Made by a program: the position numbers and the translations under genes
Assembly (NCBI GenBank): GCA_973851085.1
Contig: OZ316775.1
Span: 11,346,001-11,410,000 of the forward strand
Reading direction: 5' to 3'
DNA: 64,000 nt
Source of the DNA: Ptychomitrium polyphyllum
Taxonomy: Eukaryota
In this document: in pieces, positions 39,233 through 54,600 of the stretch
Layout of the letters: every line of letters starts with the position of its first letter
Position numbering within the stretch: position 1 is the first letter of the stretch
Notes under the pieces: generated by a model
Database searches by the model: none
Told to the model about the DNA's origin: nothing
The model's input: the letters and a program-made list of their open reading frames with translations, nothing else

Positions 39233-41546
39233 TCACGACTGGGTATAGAATTTGTGAACCATGACGTGCCTGTAGGTTTCACCAGGTCGGTAAATAATAG
39301 AAGGGAACCTTGGCTCATTGACGGAATTAGGAAATCCTTGTGTTTCAAGGCACAAGCCTGCTTGTGCGTTGTACACAGCTCCACCTTTCCCCACGACGCC
39401 GTCTAAAAAGTTACCAGTATAGAACTGGACACCCGGAGCCGTGGTGAAGACCTCCATGGCCCGCTTACTAACAGGATCCCAGACTTTGGCAGCAATGCGC
39501 AGTCCTTCTCCATGCATATCCTCCCCATTCCAAGGAGACATCTCTCCAGCAGGATCTGCAAGGCCGCTTCGGAGGTCAAAATTGTGGTCGTAACCGCCAG
39601 GAACTTCGGTGAAGCGGCTGCCGATGGAGGCCTCTTCCGTGAAATCAAACGGAGTGCCCTGGACTGGGACGACTTCGCCAGTTGGAATCTGGGTCTCGTC
39701 AAGAGGAGTGTAGCTTGTGCTCCATAGCCGCACACGATGCTGGAGCACATCACCACTACCGTGACCAGACAGGTTGAAGTAGCTATGCTGGGCGAGGTTA
39801 ACAGGAGTGGCCTTGCTCACTGGCTTCGCTTCCATTTCTGTTCGGAGCTCATTGTCGCTGCTCAGAGTGTAAGTCACTGAAACATCAAGATCGCCAGGAT
39901 ACCCTGCTCACAATAAAGAAATAATCAGTCTACACTGAAAGAGAGAAAACCCCAAAATCCAACATATACAAAACCGGATCACATGTAAATACCTTGTTCA
40001 CCGTCATGGCTGTGGTAAGTAAACTGAACCGAAGGGCCGTTGCTATCCATCACCTTCCTCGCTTCCCACAAAACTTTGTCGAACCCAATGTGACCACCTG
40101 CACAGACAAATATTTTTTTTCCACATGACCATAAGTTTCCAACCAAACAATGGAACAAACATACGATCGACCGAATCGATGAAGTATTGCAATCCTGAAA
40201 TACAGGAAAGAGCACCAACCATGAAGGGAATTGGGACCATTGTTGATGGGCAGAGTGAAGCGTTCCCCATCCAGTGTGAAGGTGCCTCGTGCAATCCGAT
40301 TTGCTACGCGACCAACTATTGCTCCAAAGTATGGTGACGTACCGTCCTGGCCTCACCAATCAGCCATTACAAAGAATGATGAACAAAGAACTTGACCACA
40401 TCAGTGGGAATAATTTTAATGTAAACCAAGAACCCACTTTTGAACATATGAGGCTTGCATATCTGCCACCAATAAAGCTTACATCAGAACAAACAAGCTG
40501 CGATAGTCATTGAGATGGTAATTAAAAAGAAACACAACTCACCATGTAAGGGCCCAATGTGTCAAAGCCCAGGACAATGTCACCAATTTCTCCTGCGATC
40601 CAGGTCCGATCACGGAATCAGCTCAATTTTCCTCAACACAAACCCCAAGTCTAACAGATACCCACCTATCACGAGACGATATGTCGATTCAAACAAGTTC
40701 AGAAAGCTACAGGAAATTCACACGTTGCATTCTCAAACGAAAAAACCAGGCAGAAGAACCCTAGACAGGCTCAAGTTGCAAGAGCCAAAGTCAACCACGC
40801 TGTTCACATTACACAGAACCTCCTCTTTCTCTCTCAAGTCCACAAAAACGAAAATCAGATGAAAGGAAACTGCTCAAACCTAAGTTGTTTTCTAAGTGCT
40901 GCTAAGTCAGATGATTAAGTTTCGGAAGTCGATGCTCTTATCGAGGGTGCTAGATGATGGTTGCAGATAACAGCGCATGGTCCTCTTCACGTCTAAGTTA
41001 CCTATGGTGGCCTATGGTGTAATCCAAGCACAGAATCAGCTGGAAGAAAACTCTCCCAAAAAACAGAGAAACGTGACAACCAAACACCCCGAACCAAGCA
41101 ATCCACCCACTCTACTCTCCTCAAAAGATGTTCCGCAGCCTAAAAAGCTAAAGATAAACTAGCAAACTCCGCAGCATATTCTCCCAAATTTCCCACGTGC
41201 CGCCGTGCCGATGGTGCATTGCGACGACACACTACCCGATCGACGAGATCCATGCTTAAAAAAACACTCTCACGCCCTTGACAACAGAGAGGAAAGAAAA
41301 AACCTCGACCCCAATCGCCACTAAAAAATTGTCCCGTCAGAACATTTCTCAGATTTCCCAAAGAAAAATTATGGTAGCCAACACACAGAGAAGCATTGTG
41401 ATACCTTGCGCATCAGGCACACACAACGACATGAGCGTGCAGCCCCAGTTGGTGAAGACGGCACGCACACCCCCACGCTCCAGAGTATAGAGGAACACCC
41501 CATCACCCACACACTCCTCCGTCAAGTTGCCCTTGCTCACACCCAT
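39233..41546 (-). CDS. Aldose 1-epimerase (galactose mutarotase), 5 exons
   Basis: Exons 41546-41405, 40592-40543, 40346-40220, 40097-39993 and 39903-39233. Motifs [57 protein letters not shown] and CLETQGFP. Confidence 0.95.
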
Positions 41547-42251
41547 GATGGTTCCACAATCTCAGTTTTGCAGCAAACCGCTCTGCTCACGTCGCTCTTC
41601 GCAACCAACCACTGCGTCCAAACCTCCAAACTGCCCCTCCCACTTGCACCAAAGTGTTCTTTGTTCCTCTGTCGTCAACAATCTCGCCTCTGTGCACATC
41701 ATCTCTCCCACATGTAAGCCTGTGCTTCCGCAACCTGTACTCACACCACCGGTTATCAACCCGTGTATGTGACATCCCAACCCTGCCATCCTCTCTCACA
41801 CCTCTCTTCGATGCGGTTGTTCCACACTTGAATCGAGGATCGGCGTCTCCGAATCTCCGAGCGACTCGTGTGCGCTCGGTGACGAGATGCTTCGGGAGAT
41901 ATATGTGACGGAGTGGTCACTTAGGTGGCCCAATGGCCTTGGAATGCCATGCTGGGATCTAGCACCGCGGTAGATAAGCGTGGGCCCCTGCGAGGTTATC
42001 CAGGTTCGGCGGACGACAAGATTGCTTTTTGAGTCGAGTTTCTGTGTTTGTGATGAGATTTGAAGCTGTGGTCTTTCCTGGTGTGATGACGATGTCCTGA
42101 AGTGCGGCTATGGCGATAGCCGTGCGTTTGGGCGTTGTTGGTGTTTAGTTGTGGCCATGGTGAGGAGGAGGATTGGTAGTCCATGGCTGGTCGTGAGATG
42201 AGGTTGCGCGCTCGGTGGCTTGACAGCGGTCCAGCATGGTGAGACAGCAGC

Positions 42252-45200
42252 ATGACAGAGCTCCGTTGTTGGGTTCCTCCGAACGCTCCTGCTCGCTGCC
42301 TGGGTGGATTCGATCGTCTGAGCAAGAGAGTGCGGTTTGTGTCTTGTTGTCCATGGCAGGGTGCGGTCAGGGTGGGCTATGGCTCTAGCAATGGGAGTAT
42401 CACAGCAAGGTTAGGCATTTGGAAAGGGTTTTTCGATGTGAGAGACCTTTGCCCCTTGCAGGAAGAGTTTTCAGGTGTGGGACTAGGCAGAATGACGAGG
42501 AAGAACTTCCTCACGGGGAGGTACCCACGACGTGAATTCAGGTTAAGTGGAGCGGGTTGGACGAGCTCCCGGAGGTCTGTGGTAGTATGTGCAGCTGAAT
42601 CGGATGATGCTCCGAAGAGGTCTTGGTTTCGAAAGTTTCTCTTTGAGAGTATTGAGGTTCCGGATTTGGAGGATGACGATTTTGGATTTGGTGATCAATT
42701 TGAGGTTGAGGATGAGGAGGAAGAGGACGGGGTAGAATTTGAGGAAAGGGTGGTGGAAACTAATGACTCTAAACCTGACGCAATAGATGAGATGATAGAG
42801 GACGATAGGCGGTTCTTCAGGTGGAAAATGAGGAACGACGCTCGCAATGAGCTGCAGGATTTTCAAGCTTCTGGGATTGACCCGGATAGCACAGACTGGG
42901 AGGATTGGCTGGACGGTAGCTGGAATCAGTATGAGGATAACCTGGCAGGAGGACTAGATGGGTGGTATGAGAATTCTCCCGACTGGGAGAAAGACGGGGT
43001 TCCGCGAGAGCCACCCTCGAAACCAGAACGCGGTATGAAGAGAACCATTAAGGAGCTCTTCTTTCGCATTTTTGAGCCCGAAGAGGAAGTTGTGGAGGAT
43101 CTCCAATTTGAGGAGCGCGTTTTTAGATTTACTTCTCGGACTACCGTGAGCTCATTCTCCACTCAACAGCTTCTTCTAGCATTCACAACATTCTTCAGAG
43201 TTGTGTTACGTGCATTTTGTCTTCCTGCACCCTCATTGCTGATACAGGGTACAATCACGATAATAAGGAGAATTGCGAAACCTAGCAACTCCTTAGTAAT
43301 CGTGGGTTTAGGGTTTAAGGCTCGAGTTGTGAAAGCTTCCTTCTTTATTCTTTTTATTTATAACGAGTGTTTTAATGTTAATCCAGTATAATTTACTACA
43401 CCTCAGAGCTTGGGCTATCGAATGTATACTAAGGAAGTGGAAATGGACGGTTGATATTGCTATTTACATTTCTTGCATTTGCAGGCTAAATTTGTGGGAG
43501 TCCTTATTATTGTGCCGTGGATCACTGACTTCATTATCCACGATTTTGTGATGGTTCCATTTTTAAGGACGTAAGTCAAACCTATTCCTACTTTTGTAGC
43601 TCTTGGAGGGAACAGGATATTGAACAATGGCTCACCTGAGCTGCCTTTTACAACCTTGAGTAGATATTCGATAAATGATATGGGGTAATGTAATATCCTA
43701 TTTGATACATGTTTAATGGCATAAAAGGTAGCACAGCATGATGCTTCGACGTAACAGTGTGCTCACCTGCATTCGATATGCAGGTACGTGGAAAAAGTTC
43801 CACTAGCCGCGGAAATTTTAGACGTAAGGGAGTCTCAGAAATTGAAAATAATCGAATCACTCAAGTTAGAGCGTCAACGTGTGCGATTTGAGGCTGAGAT
43901 CGGTAAAGCACCCCCCCTCTCCGATGACGAGCTGTCTGAGCACATTCAAGAAGAAGCGTACGTTGCTCCGCATCTTTATCATTCCGTCTGCTTTTTCAAC
44001 ATCCTTACAATATTAGCCTTTCATTATATGGAACCGAAGTTGGGTGGATTTGGAAGTAAAGAGAGTAAATAGAGTATTGCCTCTTTTAGATGAGAGGCCG
44101 TGTTGGTGTGGAGGTTGGACATTCTTTAGTTTAAAGAAACAAGTCACTTGTAGAATTTGAACGTGATTGCCAGTGGTCTTATGATAGTTAGAACTAGAGT
44201 AGACAAATCGCACAAACAGACGTATATTCAGTAAGTTAATCTTACAACCAAATGTTATTCGCTATTACACCTAAACTCAGAACAGGACAGTTGAATTTGG
44301 CAACCAAGATTACCTTATTTATGCGTGGAAATATAGAACTGCAGGGAGTCTGGAGCTAGGATCTTTCTGTTGTTCATCATATATGTGATTTGGTGGTACT
44401 GAAGTTAGGAATTCGTGAATTCAGATTAGGACTTCGAGAAGAATGGAGACTGGAGAATAGACAGGCTTTTGCCTCTATCTGGTCTGATTTTGCTGCAGGA
44501 CTGACCATCCTATCTTTGTTAATTTTGAATCCCAGACAGGTTTGACTTCTTACGACTTATATTTTTATCTTATACAGTGGTTTCATTTGTCACTTGAATT
44601 TATAGAAATCTTCCTTCAAGAAGACTTTTTTCTATTGGTCAGGCGCTATTAGCAATTAAACATTGAATGAATTCTGCAGGTTGCTATAATGCAGTTGACA
44701 GGTGAACGATTGTTCACAAACATCTCAGATACGGGAAAAGCTTTTATTATAATCCTGCTCACTGACATATTTCTTGGGTAAGAGACAACCCGTATGGCGA
44801 ATGCTATCCTGTAAAAGCTAGGTTCTATTTATGGGTCGTGTTTTGCACTTCTCGAGTTAAAAATTTGTATATGGAATTAGTTTCTACTTGCCAAAACGTA
44901 AACGAGGCCATCCACATTACAAATACTAAATCTATAATGCAAGGAGAGATCTACAGAAATTCTCAGAACTGATTAAACGTGACCTAACGAAACTAAAACA
45001 TTTAATATAAGCTGCTATAAGCAACTTTAACTAATTCTTTGTTTCAGTTTCGAAAGTTGTCAGGTTTTATTCCAGCTCTGGAAGCATGCGACTGATCTCT
45101 TGTCATGTTAATATTGCAGATATCATTCAGAATCAGGTTGGGAGACGGTCACAGAGATGGTTCTTGAACACTACGGAATCGAAGTCTCCCAAGCGGCTAT

Positions 45201-45688
45201 TTACATATTCGTAGCCATTGTACCTGTCACAATTGATGCATGCTTTAAGCTGTGGGTATGTAGTTAACGTCCTGCTAATGACTGATGTTGTAGAGCACTG
45301 ATGCTGTTCCATTTTTCACACTGCATTTTGTGCGATGTTTCCTTCTGTGCGTCTTTGGAAGTTTTGAAAATCATCTGGTACGAGTGGTATTTCTACTTCA
45401 TTCGACAAGTGTTGCAGTTGTTATTGGGATATTAGCCATTCGTGCAGATTTACAAGCAGTCTTGGAAGTCGTAGTTCTTGTTGATTTTAGTCCTTCCATA
45501 GTTTATGCCTTTATGGAGTAGCGGATACATTTGCTCCGAGTTTTTGTTAGTCACATGAGCCGAATGGTATAGTGTTGCTCGAATGTTCACTCTAAACTGA
45601 TGAAGGGTTTGTGATGCAGGTTTTTCGCTTCTTCAGAACTCTTTCTCCATCTGCGAGCGCTACTTTTCGGGAGATGCAGCGGCATTGA
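42252..45688 (+). CDS. DLDG1: Nucleus-encoded CemA/Ycf10-like chloroplast envelope protein (DLDG1-like), 7 exons
   Basis: Exons 42252-43145, 43485-43570, 43784-43957, 44425-44539, 44680-44777, 45120-45255 and 45620-45688. CemA motifs [41 protein letters not shown] and LSPS..A, plus a transit-peptide-like N-terminus. Confidence 0.9.
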
Positions 45689-47559
45689 AACGCATGTACT
45701 TTATGAAAATGTGAAATCTTATTTTCTGTCACGAGTTCCCCGGTCCCTGTATCTCTGCAGGGGACCAGAAAGTTCTGCCATTAGGGCATAGTTTTTTACA
45801 ATGCTATGATCTAGATAGATTTCAGAGAAGAATACTAATTTTCATCTGGAAAGCAATGTTAAGAGGGCATGCAACTTAATATGATCTTAGACGTCTGGTT
45901 CTTGGTTGATCAGGTTTCTAGATTCTGGGTAACCCTGTTATTGTGTCTATAATGAGACACGTTGGTTTTGCTCAGGAGTGTTTAGAATTTACGTTTTTCC
46001 CACTTTGAAGTTTTATCTACTGTAGGTCTGTTTTGAGTAACCTATTCCAGGGTACACTGGTCTTAGATCATTTGTATCTTGTTGTTCTGGTGAGTAGGAA
46101 TGTAATTGCTGTAAATCTGTGTACCGTATCCTCCCCTTTACTCATGTGTTGAGGACGAGCGTTCATGGTCTTAGGCAACCAGGGTGACATTAGCAGTTTT
46201 CCTTTCACAGATGTACCCTTACACGAAAGTACATGTCTTGTACTAGCCCCAATCTGGTCTTAATATTCAACTCGAACGGTTTATTTGGTACATGGAAAAG
46301 TCTGATCTCAACCACAACTATCCTTAGTGCATCTCATTCAAGATTTCAAAGCTAGTGTTTCTAAGGAGTTTCCACAATATCACTCCTTAGTTGAATGGAT
46401 GGGGAGAATAGCCAGTAATGTAGACATTAAACTGTGGTCATCTTTTACAGTAGGTGAATTTATCAAAATCTTGTGGCCTAAACGTAATGGCCTTGAGTTC
46501 ATAACATACAGTTTTGAAATGTGTCAAGTTACATGTTATCATTCCTGAGGGCTTACAGAAAAACAATTGATGAAGCTACTTGTACCACTGTCTTAATTTT
46601 CTCTACGTTAGAGTGCTGGACAAAGCTGACTAAAGTTATCTGCAGAATTCAAAACCATGACAGTGAATGATGGCCCTGACAGTGGCATACTTTCCCCACA
46701 TGGAACTGTAAATTAAGTTAATCTACAACTTGCCCTTGGTCTGGGATTGTTAGCAATCTTCAGGTATGAGTCTATTGCATTCGATAGATTCCCCATAACC
46801 ACTGCTGGCATTTTATCAACCAACTCTCTAGAGCCTAATACTAAAAGTGGAGTTTGAACAAAGCACCATGTGGTATCAACACTTAGACCTCTTTATTATC
46901 ACTAGCTTGGGACCCAAGGCATCCACTAAGGCATCCACTATCACATGTTCATATGGGAAGGATGTTGTAATAAAGGATCAATTTTGAACTAAGTTGGAAT
47001 GTTGTATTCCTTCTTAACATCACAATTTTGAGGATAATCTCCAAATCTAGGAATTAGTGATATTATTGAAGGTGGCGCAAAAGAAGTTTGCATGTACGTT
47101 TTTCATAGTTTTTTTTTTCTATGCTTTTGGATTCATCTATTGTTGTATTTAGAATCCTATTGTTTTCAATTTCAACAGTTTGTTCAAAGTACAAGTGAAT
47201 ATAAAAATTGTGTTTCTTTATTTTAAACATCTTTTTGAAATATGTACCTCACTTAGATTGTTATATTTCTAACTTGGACTCTCATTACTTGAAGCTAGAA
47301 TTGTAAAAATCAAATGACTTGTTGCGTAACATTTGTGACGGAGGTGACAAGGAACATTGCAGGCTTGATTGAATTTTTTTATAGCAGTTTGATTGTAGTT
47401 TTTATTTTTACCCAGACATCCTGAAATACATCTATGTGGACATTTTGTTAATCTAAGGTGGATTGTAGAGCAAAATTAAAAAATATAGATGATGACGTGG
47501 AGAGAAAAAATGACTTGTTATAAACCAAAAATCCAAATGGAATTCTCGACTATGGATCT

Positions 47560-50500
47560 AGCAACCAAATATCTTTGAAGTGATTGCAAATAACAAATTT
47601 GTAACTATGGAAAACAAAATTGCAACTGCGGATAACAAAATTGCAACTGTGGATAACAAGATCTCAAATGCCGATAAAGAATTTGTGCTTGCATGTAATG
47701 GAATTGTGTATGAGACAAAAGTATTTGCAATTGCAAATAATAAATGATAGATTTGCAATTGCAAGTAATTTAATGGATTTGCAATTGCAAATAATGGATT
47801 TGCAACTATGGATAGCGAGTGACGAGTTTGCAATTGCAAGTAACAAATGACGCGACTTTGGATAGCAAGTTCATGACCGTGAAAATGGAACTATAAATTG
47901 GTTACCTTAGGGTTGGCAATTGCGTTTAGGAACTAGCCATTGGCAACTACAAAAGGTTATTTTGATCACAGAAGCACTATAACAATTGTTGGTACCAAGT
48001 GCAAGTATGACATAAACGACAGCAAGTATAAGAACATTAACAACTTTGAATTGTACAACAACAAATTGACGGGCATTGAAAAACATCCCTACAATGTTAT
48101 TATCTCCACCTTCTAATATTAAGGATCTAGAAAGTTGGTGGTTCTGAGACCTGAAACATGGGCGGAAGAAAGTGCAATTGGCAATCACAAGTGGTATTTA
48201 TATCCATTTGGAAGGAGGATGACGGCTAGTTGCATGTGGGAAAATGCAAGTATTGGGCATATAGTGGCAGGCAACAAACGTGCAACGCTAGATTGTCACA
48301 AGGTTAGGGAAGTGTAGGAATGCAACAATGGGTCAAGTGTAAGCGAAAGCGAGTCGTATCAGGACAACTGCGGGTTGCATGAAGGAGACCATCGGTTTCA
48401 TAGAGGCAACAATAAGTATTAGGCGAGCAATGGTGGGCGTTTATGGTGAGCAACAACAAGTGCAGGTTTATGGTCAGCGGATTGTAGGAATGCAATGGCG
48501 GATCGTTAAACGGGACAACAATTATTGGGCTAGCAATAATAAGTCATTGTAGGATCATTGGACTACAAAAATGCAACCATGAATGTTAAGTGTGCACTAC
48601 GCAATGGTGTTTGGTGAACTTAAAAACAAAATTAAAGAACAAGCAAAGATGGCAGGGCAAATGCTGACGGCATTGGACCTACAAGCTTTATTGTGAAGCA
48701 TATAATATAAGTAAGAATCTAATGCAAAGGCTTAAAAAAATTTGTTTAAGGTTTGTGCATACATATGGTTTGTAATGGTGAGGTGCGTAATTATTGATAT
48801 GAAGTTCTCTAAACCTAGTTTTGAATAAATGGTTTTGAGGTAAGATTTTTTGATATGGATTGTAAGTATTATTTTTACCTACTACAATTTAAACACCTCA
48901 ATAAAGAATTAGAATTGCAATAAACATTCCAATATAATGTTTGTTCTCACTAATTATTTGTTTTTAATTTACTACAAACTATATTATTAAAAAAGATTTT
49001 TTCTAGCAAATACTAATTACACAAACATGTTGAAAGCTTAGGGTGCTCTCATTTAATAGATCTATTTATATGAATGATTTTCACACATAGTTGTTTGCAT
49101 CTTGAAATTTTGGATTCAAATATGATTTATGGTGATTCAATAATATACTATTAGTCATTTTTATTTTAACTTATACTCTTAAGCACTTATAAGAGGAATT
49201 AAAGGAAAGTATATTGGACTTCAAAAAAATAAAAAAGAGCCAAAATTCCAATATGATTGGTTGATTTGTATTGGTTTGATTTCTTTACATCTTACCAAAC
49301 ATAAAAGTTGTGTATGATTTATAATGTTGGATGATTTAAATATTGATAAAAACTAATATTTGAATAATGATAACTGAATGTGTCGGTTTTACTTAAATTG
49401 GAATATTATGGAATTAACTATATTTTTAAGTGTCCACAATTCCACAATGTAGTACGTATATTAGTACAATTTTAATACCTCATGAGCATTTAGATATTCC
49501 AAGCTCATTTTAACTTTCAAATCTCTTTTCTCAACATAGTATGCATAATTCGAAATTGCTTTTCTTTTTGTACTTTTATTCACAAAATAGTCCAAAAATA
49601 TGAAATAATTCCATTCAACAATATCATTTATAAATGCCATTTTTGTAACAAAAATTATATTTATAAAGCCAAATTTAACAAATTTATAATATTCATAAAA
49701 TACTTCTGAGATAACTTTGCAATAATATATGTGTATATACCTATAGGGGTATCATAGAAATTTTTTTAATCCGTATTTTATATGCTTAAATTTAAAATTT
49801 ATTTTTGGAGTTGATTATAGAATGGTCCTATTAAGAATCTTTTGCTACAAACGGTGCAAATTTCAAGGTTTTAATTCCAAATACATAAGATGTTGATTGT
49901 TGAAGTTTGAGATCCAAAAATGTTTTATTCTATTAATATTTCCAACTCTACAACTTGATCTAAATATATTCAAGTACAAAAATGGACTACATGTATGTTT
50001 TAATTTTATTCAAAACATCATTGTTTTGATGTGTTTTTGTTGATGACTAGATTTGATTGCATTTATTTACCTTGGAGAAATATTGGCTTAGTTTTCTATC
50101 TATAAAAAATGCAAATCTTATTAATACTTGCATTTATAACACATTATAATATTCAAAGATTTCTTCTTATTATTATAGATATATGTTGATTCCAAGAAAT
50201 CCATCAATACATTTTGCAATATACATTTCAAAAATTGTTATTCCTGGAATACAAAGAAAAAACCATGAAATAGATTGAAGAAAATAGTTTTCACCTTCAA
50301 ATACAAGATCATCAATTAAATATAATAAAAGAATACATGGAATATTTTATGAAGAAAGGTGCTCCATTTTACAATTATATCTACTAAAATAAGATTTAGC
50401 ATCCTTTTGCTATCATATGTAGAAGATCAACAATATTTAATTTATTTTGAAAGTATACTATATTAAGTGTTTTAAAGCATTAGTACTTTGTTAAAAAAAA

Positions 50501-51620
50501 AGCAAGTTATATGCTCATATATCATTTCAAAAGGTCATATTTAATGTAGCTTTTTAATTTCTTCAAATCTTGCAATGGAAGGAGATTCTAAAAAATTCCA
50601 ATGTATATTTTAGAATAATTAAAAATTCTATTTACTATTAGAATTCAATTTAAATAATAAGAGAAAACAATGACTTTTCAATTCTAAATAAAAATTAATC
50701 ATGATTTTGATTCCTGCAAATAGGTTGGTTTACATTTTGAATTTAAAAAAAGATATAAAGGCCTTAGATGATCCATTTTTTATAAAGAATAATAAAAATA
50801 ATCTAATTTTAGAAAAATTAAAAAAATTGTGGAAATCGGATTTGTTGTAGATTGTGGGATTCTGAGCACCTCTATACTAGGGTAGTGCAAGGTGGCAATT
50901 GGGCTTTGGATGCACGATGTTTTTTCTGGAAATTGAAGGTTAAAATTGCAAGTAGAAGTAGTTGCTAGGGGCCCATGAAGGAAAGGAAAAGAATTGGTTT
51001 GCAATAATACCTCGCGCTAAGCAACTGCAAGTCCCAGGAAATTGCATCTAATGACCATGGATGGAAGTTACAAGTAGAAGTAGTTGCTAGAGAGGTCCAT
51101 AGGGAAGAAAAAGCGGTTGGCAAAGATTCTCTCGCAATATAAAAATGATGGGTCCCGAGCGACTGCAAGTCTTGGACAATTGTAAATCCTAAGCAATTCA
51201 ACTAGGCAATTGCACATTTAGGCAAATATAGATCCTAGGCAACTGCAGGTTCCAAGTAATTGCAAGTTTTGAGCACCTGCAAGTGGGGAATTGCACTTGG
51301 CAATTACATACAGAAGTTGCAAGTAGAAGTAGTTGTTAAGTAGGTCCATAGAAGAAGAGAAGCATATGCGGTTGAATGTTCAAAGCCGCTATAATACCAT
51401 AATTACACATCTGCAACTTCCACAGACGTGCGGTTCCACATTTGCGGTCGCTGCAAACTTGCAGTTGCAAACTTATGGTCGCTTGAAACCCGCAATTGCT
51501 GCAGATCGGCGGACACACATCCGTAGTTACTACACAGCAACAATTGCAAATTCTACACAATACATTCGATTAGCCAAAATTTGCAATCAATAAGTGCAAT
51601 TTCTAATTTTTCATGGTCAC
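47560..51620. mobile_element. Probable decayed repeat element: TTGCAA-rich arms around an AT-rich core
   Basis: Degenerate TTGCAA-containing tandem units at 47560-47850, TGCAA-rich sequence at 50880-51600, and an AT-rich interior. No transposase ORF is visible. Confidence 0.35.
50949..51340. repeat. Three dispersed copies of CAAGTAGAAGTAGTTG with diverged downstream flanks
   Basis: Copies start at 50949, 51071 and 51320. Confidence 0.85.
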
Positions 51621-54600
51621 ATACATCCGGTTGTCAATCTGTAGTCCCTACATATCTAAGGTCGCAACTTGTGGTCCGGTTTAGAATTAGGGTTGTTTGA
51701 AGACAACATGTCACTAAAAGACACATTGTCTAGACTACGTAGACAAGGTAAAATTTCATTTATCCTTCTCTCGTCAATGTCAAGTTTGAAGTGATGAGGA
51801 AATCTAATAGATGGACTGTCATAATGGACATGACGGTCATGACAAATGTCGAGTTTGACAATCTTGCTTGAAGCTGCGGCTAGTAAAATTATAAGCATCA
51901 TTTTATTGGCAGCATTGTTGTGCTCATATAGTTGCTATAGTTATCCATTTACATATCTTCATGCACTTTTATCATGTGCAAGTCCATCTTAACTTAGTAA
52001 TCATTAAATTATGGAGCTCCAAAATTTGAATTTCAAGAAACTTTAACTCAATAAATTTTATCTCTTATTAAACATTCTACCTTAATGAACCTATGTAATT
52101 TGTTATTCTTTAAAAGCAAATGAAAGTAAATGCCATTGTAAAGAAAGAAAAACTTTAAATTCCACCTTCACATGTACTTCCATTGTATACCAGTAAAAAT
52201 ATGTGTATTTTCTTAGACAAATTTAAAACAAGTTGTACAAGTTACAATGCTTTAAGATTACTCATTGCTATAACAATACTTATTGGCTAAATAGTATACC
52301 AAATTACCATATAAAATAGGTCACAATGTTATAAAACATTACAAGTCATAGTAATATTGATTTAGTGTGATACCTATGACCCATATGAAAACAAAATTGT
52401 CTACATAAATAGTGAAGTATTAACTTGTCAATAATAGACACATCTTGTTAATAATCTTTGATTACAATTAATTCTTTCTTGAATATATTTGAAAGCCTTC
52501 TAATTAAAAAAATTCAAGATCCCTCTCGCAAATTTATTTTTATATATTCAATTCATTTTAAGAAAATTGACTAATGGTAATAAAAAACATGCCATATTTC
52601 AACCTTGCTAAAACATATCATACATCTATATGGTGATTACACTTTTTCTTTTTCCACATATAAAATACATATACTTAATTAAAATCACTAATAATTTTGT
52701 ATAAAAGGCATTTCAATGGATAAGTCATAGGAAATCCAATTCTTTGTATTATTGCTTTATTCCTATCCATCATTCCCTTTTAAAATGAAAACTCCAGTAG
52801 ACAAATTTCCATACTTTTAAAAATGGTCTTCTCTACAAAAACAATCAAAATTATTGGTATCACTCATAATAGATGTATATAATTACCACATTCAAGTTAT
52901 TGAAGTTGGAGCTTATTAGCTTTACTTTTGATGCAAGTATAATGCAAAATATGTTTATATTGCATTATTTTATAGTAATTGTAGCCTTTAGTAGAGTACT
53001 CCATATTCATTTATTTCCAAGGAAAATTTGAAAGTTTTATAACCTTTGACACTATAAAATATGAAAATCAATCTTTATTTTAATTCTAAATTTAACAATG
53101 ACCAAATCTAAAGTTCAATAAAAAGAGATGGATAATAAGTTCATTCATCAAAACACCACAAAATATTAAATTACCATATTTACAACATTACCAAGGTTTA
53201 AACGCAATTCAAAAAGAAGTTCAGAAACCTTAAAGTTAAATATAATGGAATAAAAAATAGCATTCAAATGAATGAGCTTAGTAACCTTAACAATTCGTTT
53301 GTCTTATTACTATTGTTTTGCAAAGTTTTTTTAAATCATTGAAAGATTGAATAATAAAAATACAAATTGTTATACATTTATTTTCATTTCCAAATATGGT
53401 CTTATTCATTGATGGATACACTAATTTGCTATTACAATTGCAGTATAATATGTGAATTACATTTAATAATGTTGTAATAGCCATTAAAAACCTTGCACTT
53501 TATCTGCAAGCATTGTAATGTAAAAAAATTGCGTTCTTCTTCTCCACCTCAATCAAAAAATGACTTTTTCTTGGTAAAGATTGCATAAACTTTATATATA
53601 AGCCGCATTATAAGATCAATACTTGCAAATTCGTTTATTTTACAATAAGAATATTAAAAAAAATTATTTCTTATTGCCTCTTTGTTCTAATGCAATAAAT
53701 ACCCATAATAAGTATAATATGGAGGTGGTGTCTTTGTTTTTTAAACAATCCACTATAATACATTTTTTTCAAATAATAAGCACCTAAATTCTTATTACAA
53801 TACTTTTACATCCCTTCATATAGGAATATCCTTCCACAATAATTAAAGCAAATAAAAAAAAACTTCAAATTTACTAAATTAGCAGGCTTGCAATTCTCTT
53901 TAAGAATCAAAGTATTTTAATATCTTAAGAATGTATCAAAAAACGATTTTTAAAAAGCATAATAAAAAGATACCTATAAATGATTCTGTCTTTATATTGG
54001 TAATAGGATAATACCTTAACTTATTACAACATACAAATATTCACAAATTTTAGATACCAAATGTAAATAGTACATAATACCTTTTGATAAAAAGAATACT
54101 AAAGAATATTAAAATAACATGAAAGATGTAATTATATTCTTAAATGACGGAATTATATTCTTCAAATATGGTATTTAGAAGAGTCATTAATAGATTAATT
54201 GTTTTTTAACAACACAATTAGTCAATTGGTCACTGTAGAATAAAGGAGATCAAGCCTCTAACATATCTCCCTGCATTTAACATAGAGCTAAGGTAGGTAG
54301 TCATGGTTTCCCATGACCAGAGCATGAGGTTCTCCACTCCCAAAGAATGCAATGCTATGAGAATGATGTGTTGAAATATAAACAGAAATAATTTGAGGTC
54401 AACATCCTAAATACCCTGTTGAGTGTAAATGCAAGGACCGCCTTTAGCTATTAGAAAATAGTATTCGTTGCGTCAGTTTATTCCAGAAATAGAACTAGTA
54501 ACTAACTAGCGCTGCAGGATAGTGTTCTGCTTTGCAATACTCAATTGGTTTCCAACTTTCTATACCGGTATTTAGTATGCCAACGGGCGCTTAAGGCTGT

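Noticed and set aside
43303..43320. Telomere-like GGGTTTAGGGTTT in DLDG1 intron 1 (also near 34510)
   Set aside because: Such short interstitial motifs are common in plant genomes, and nothing here indicates function.
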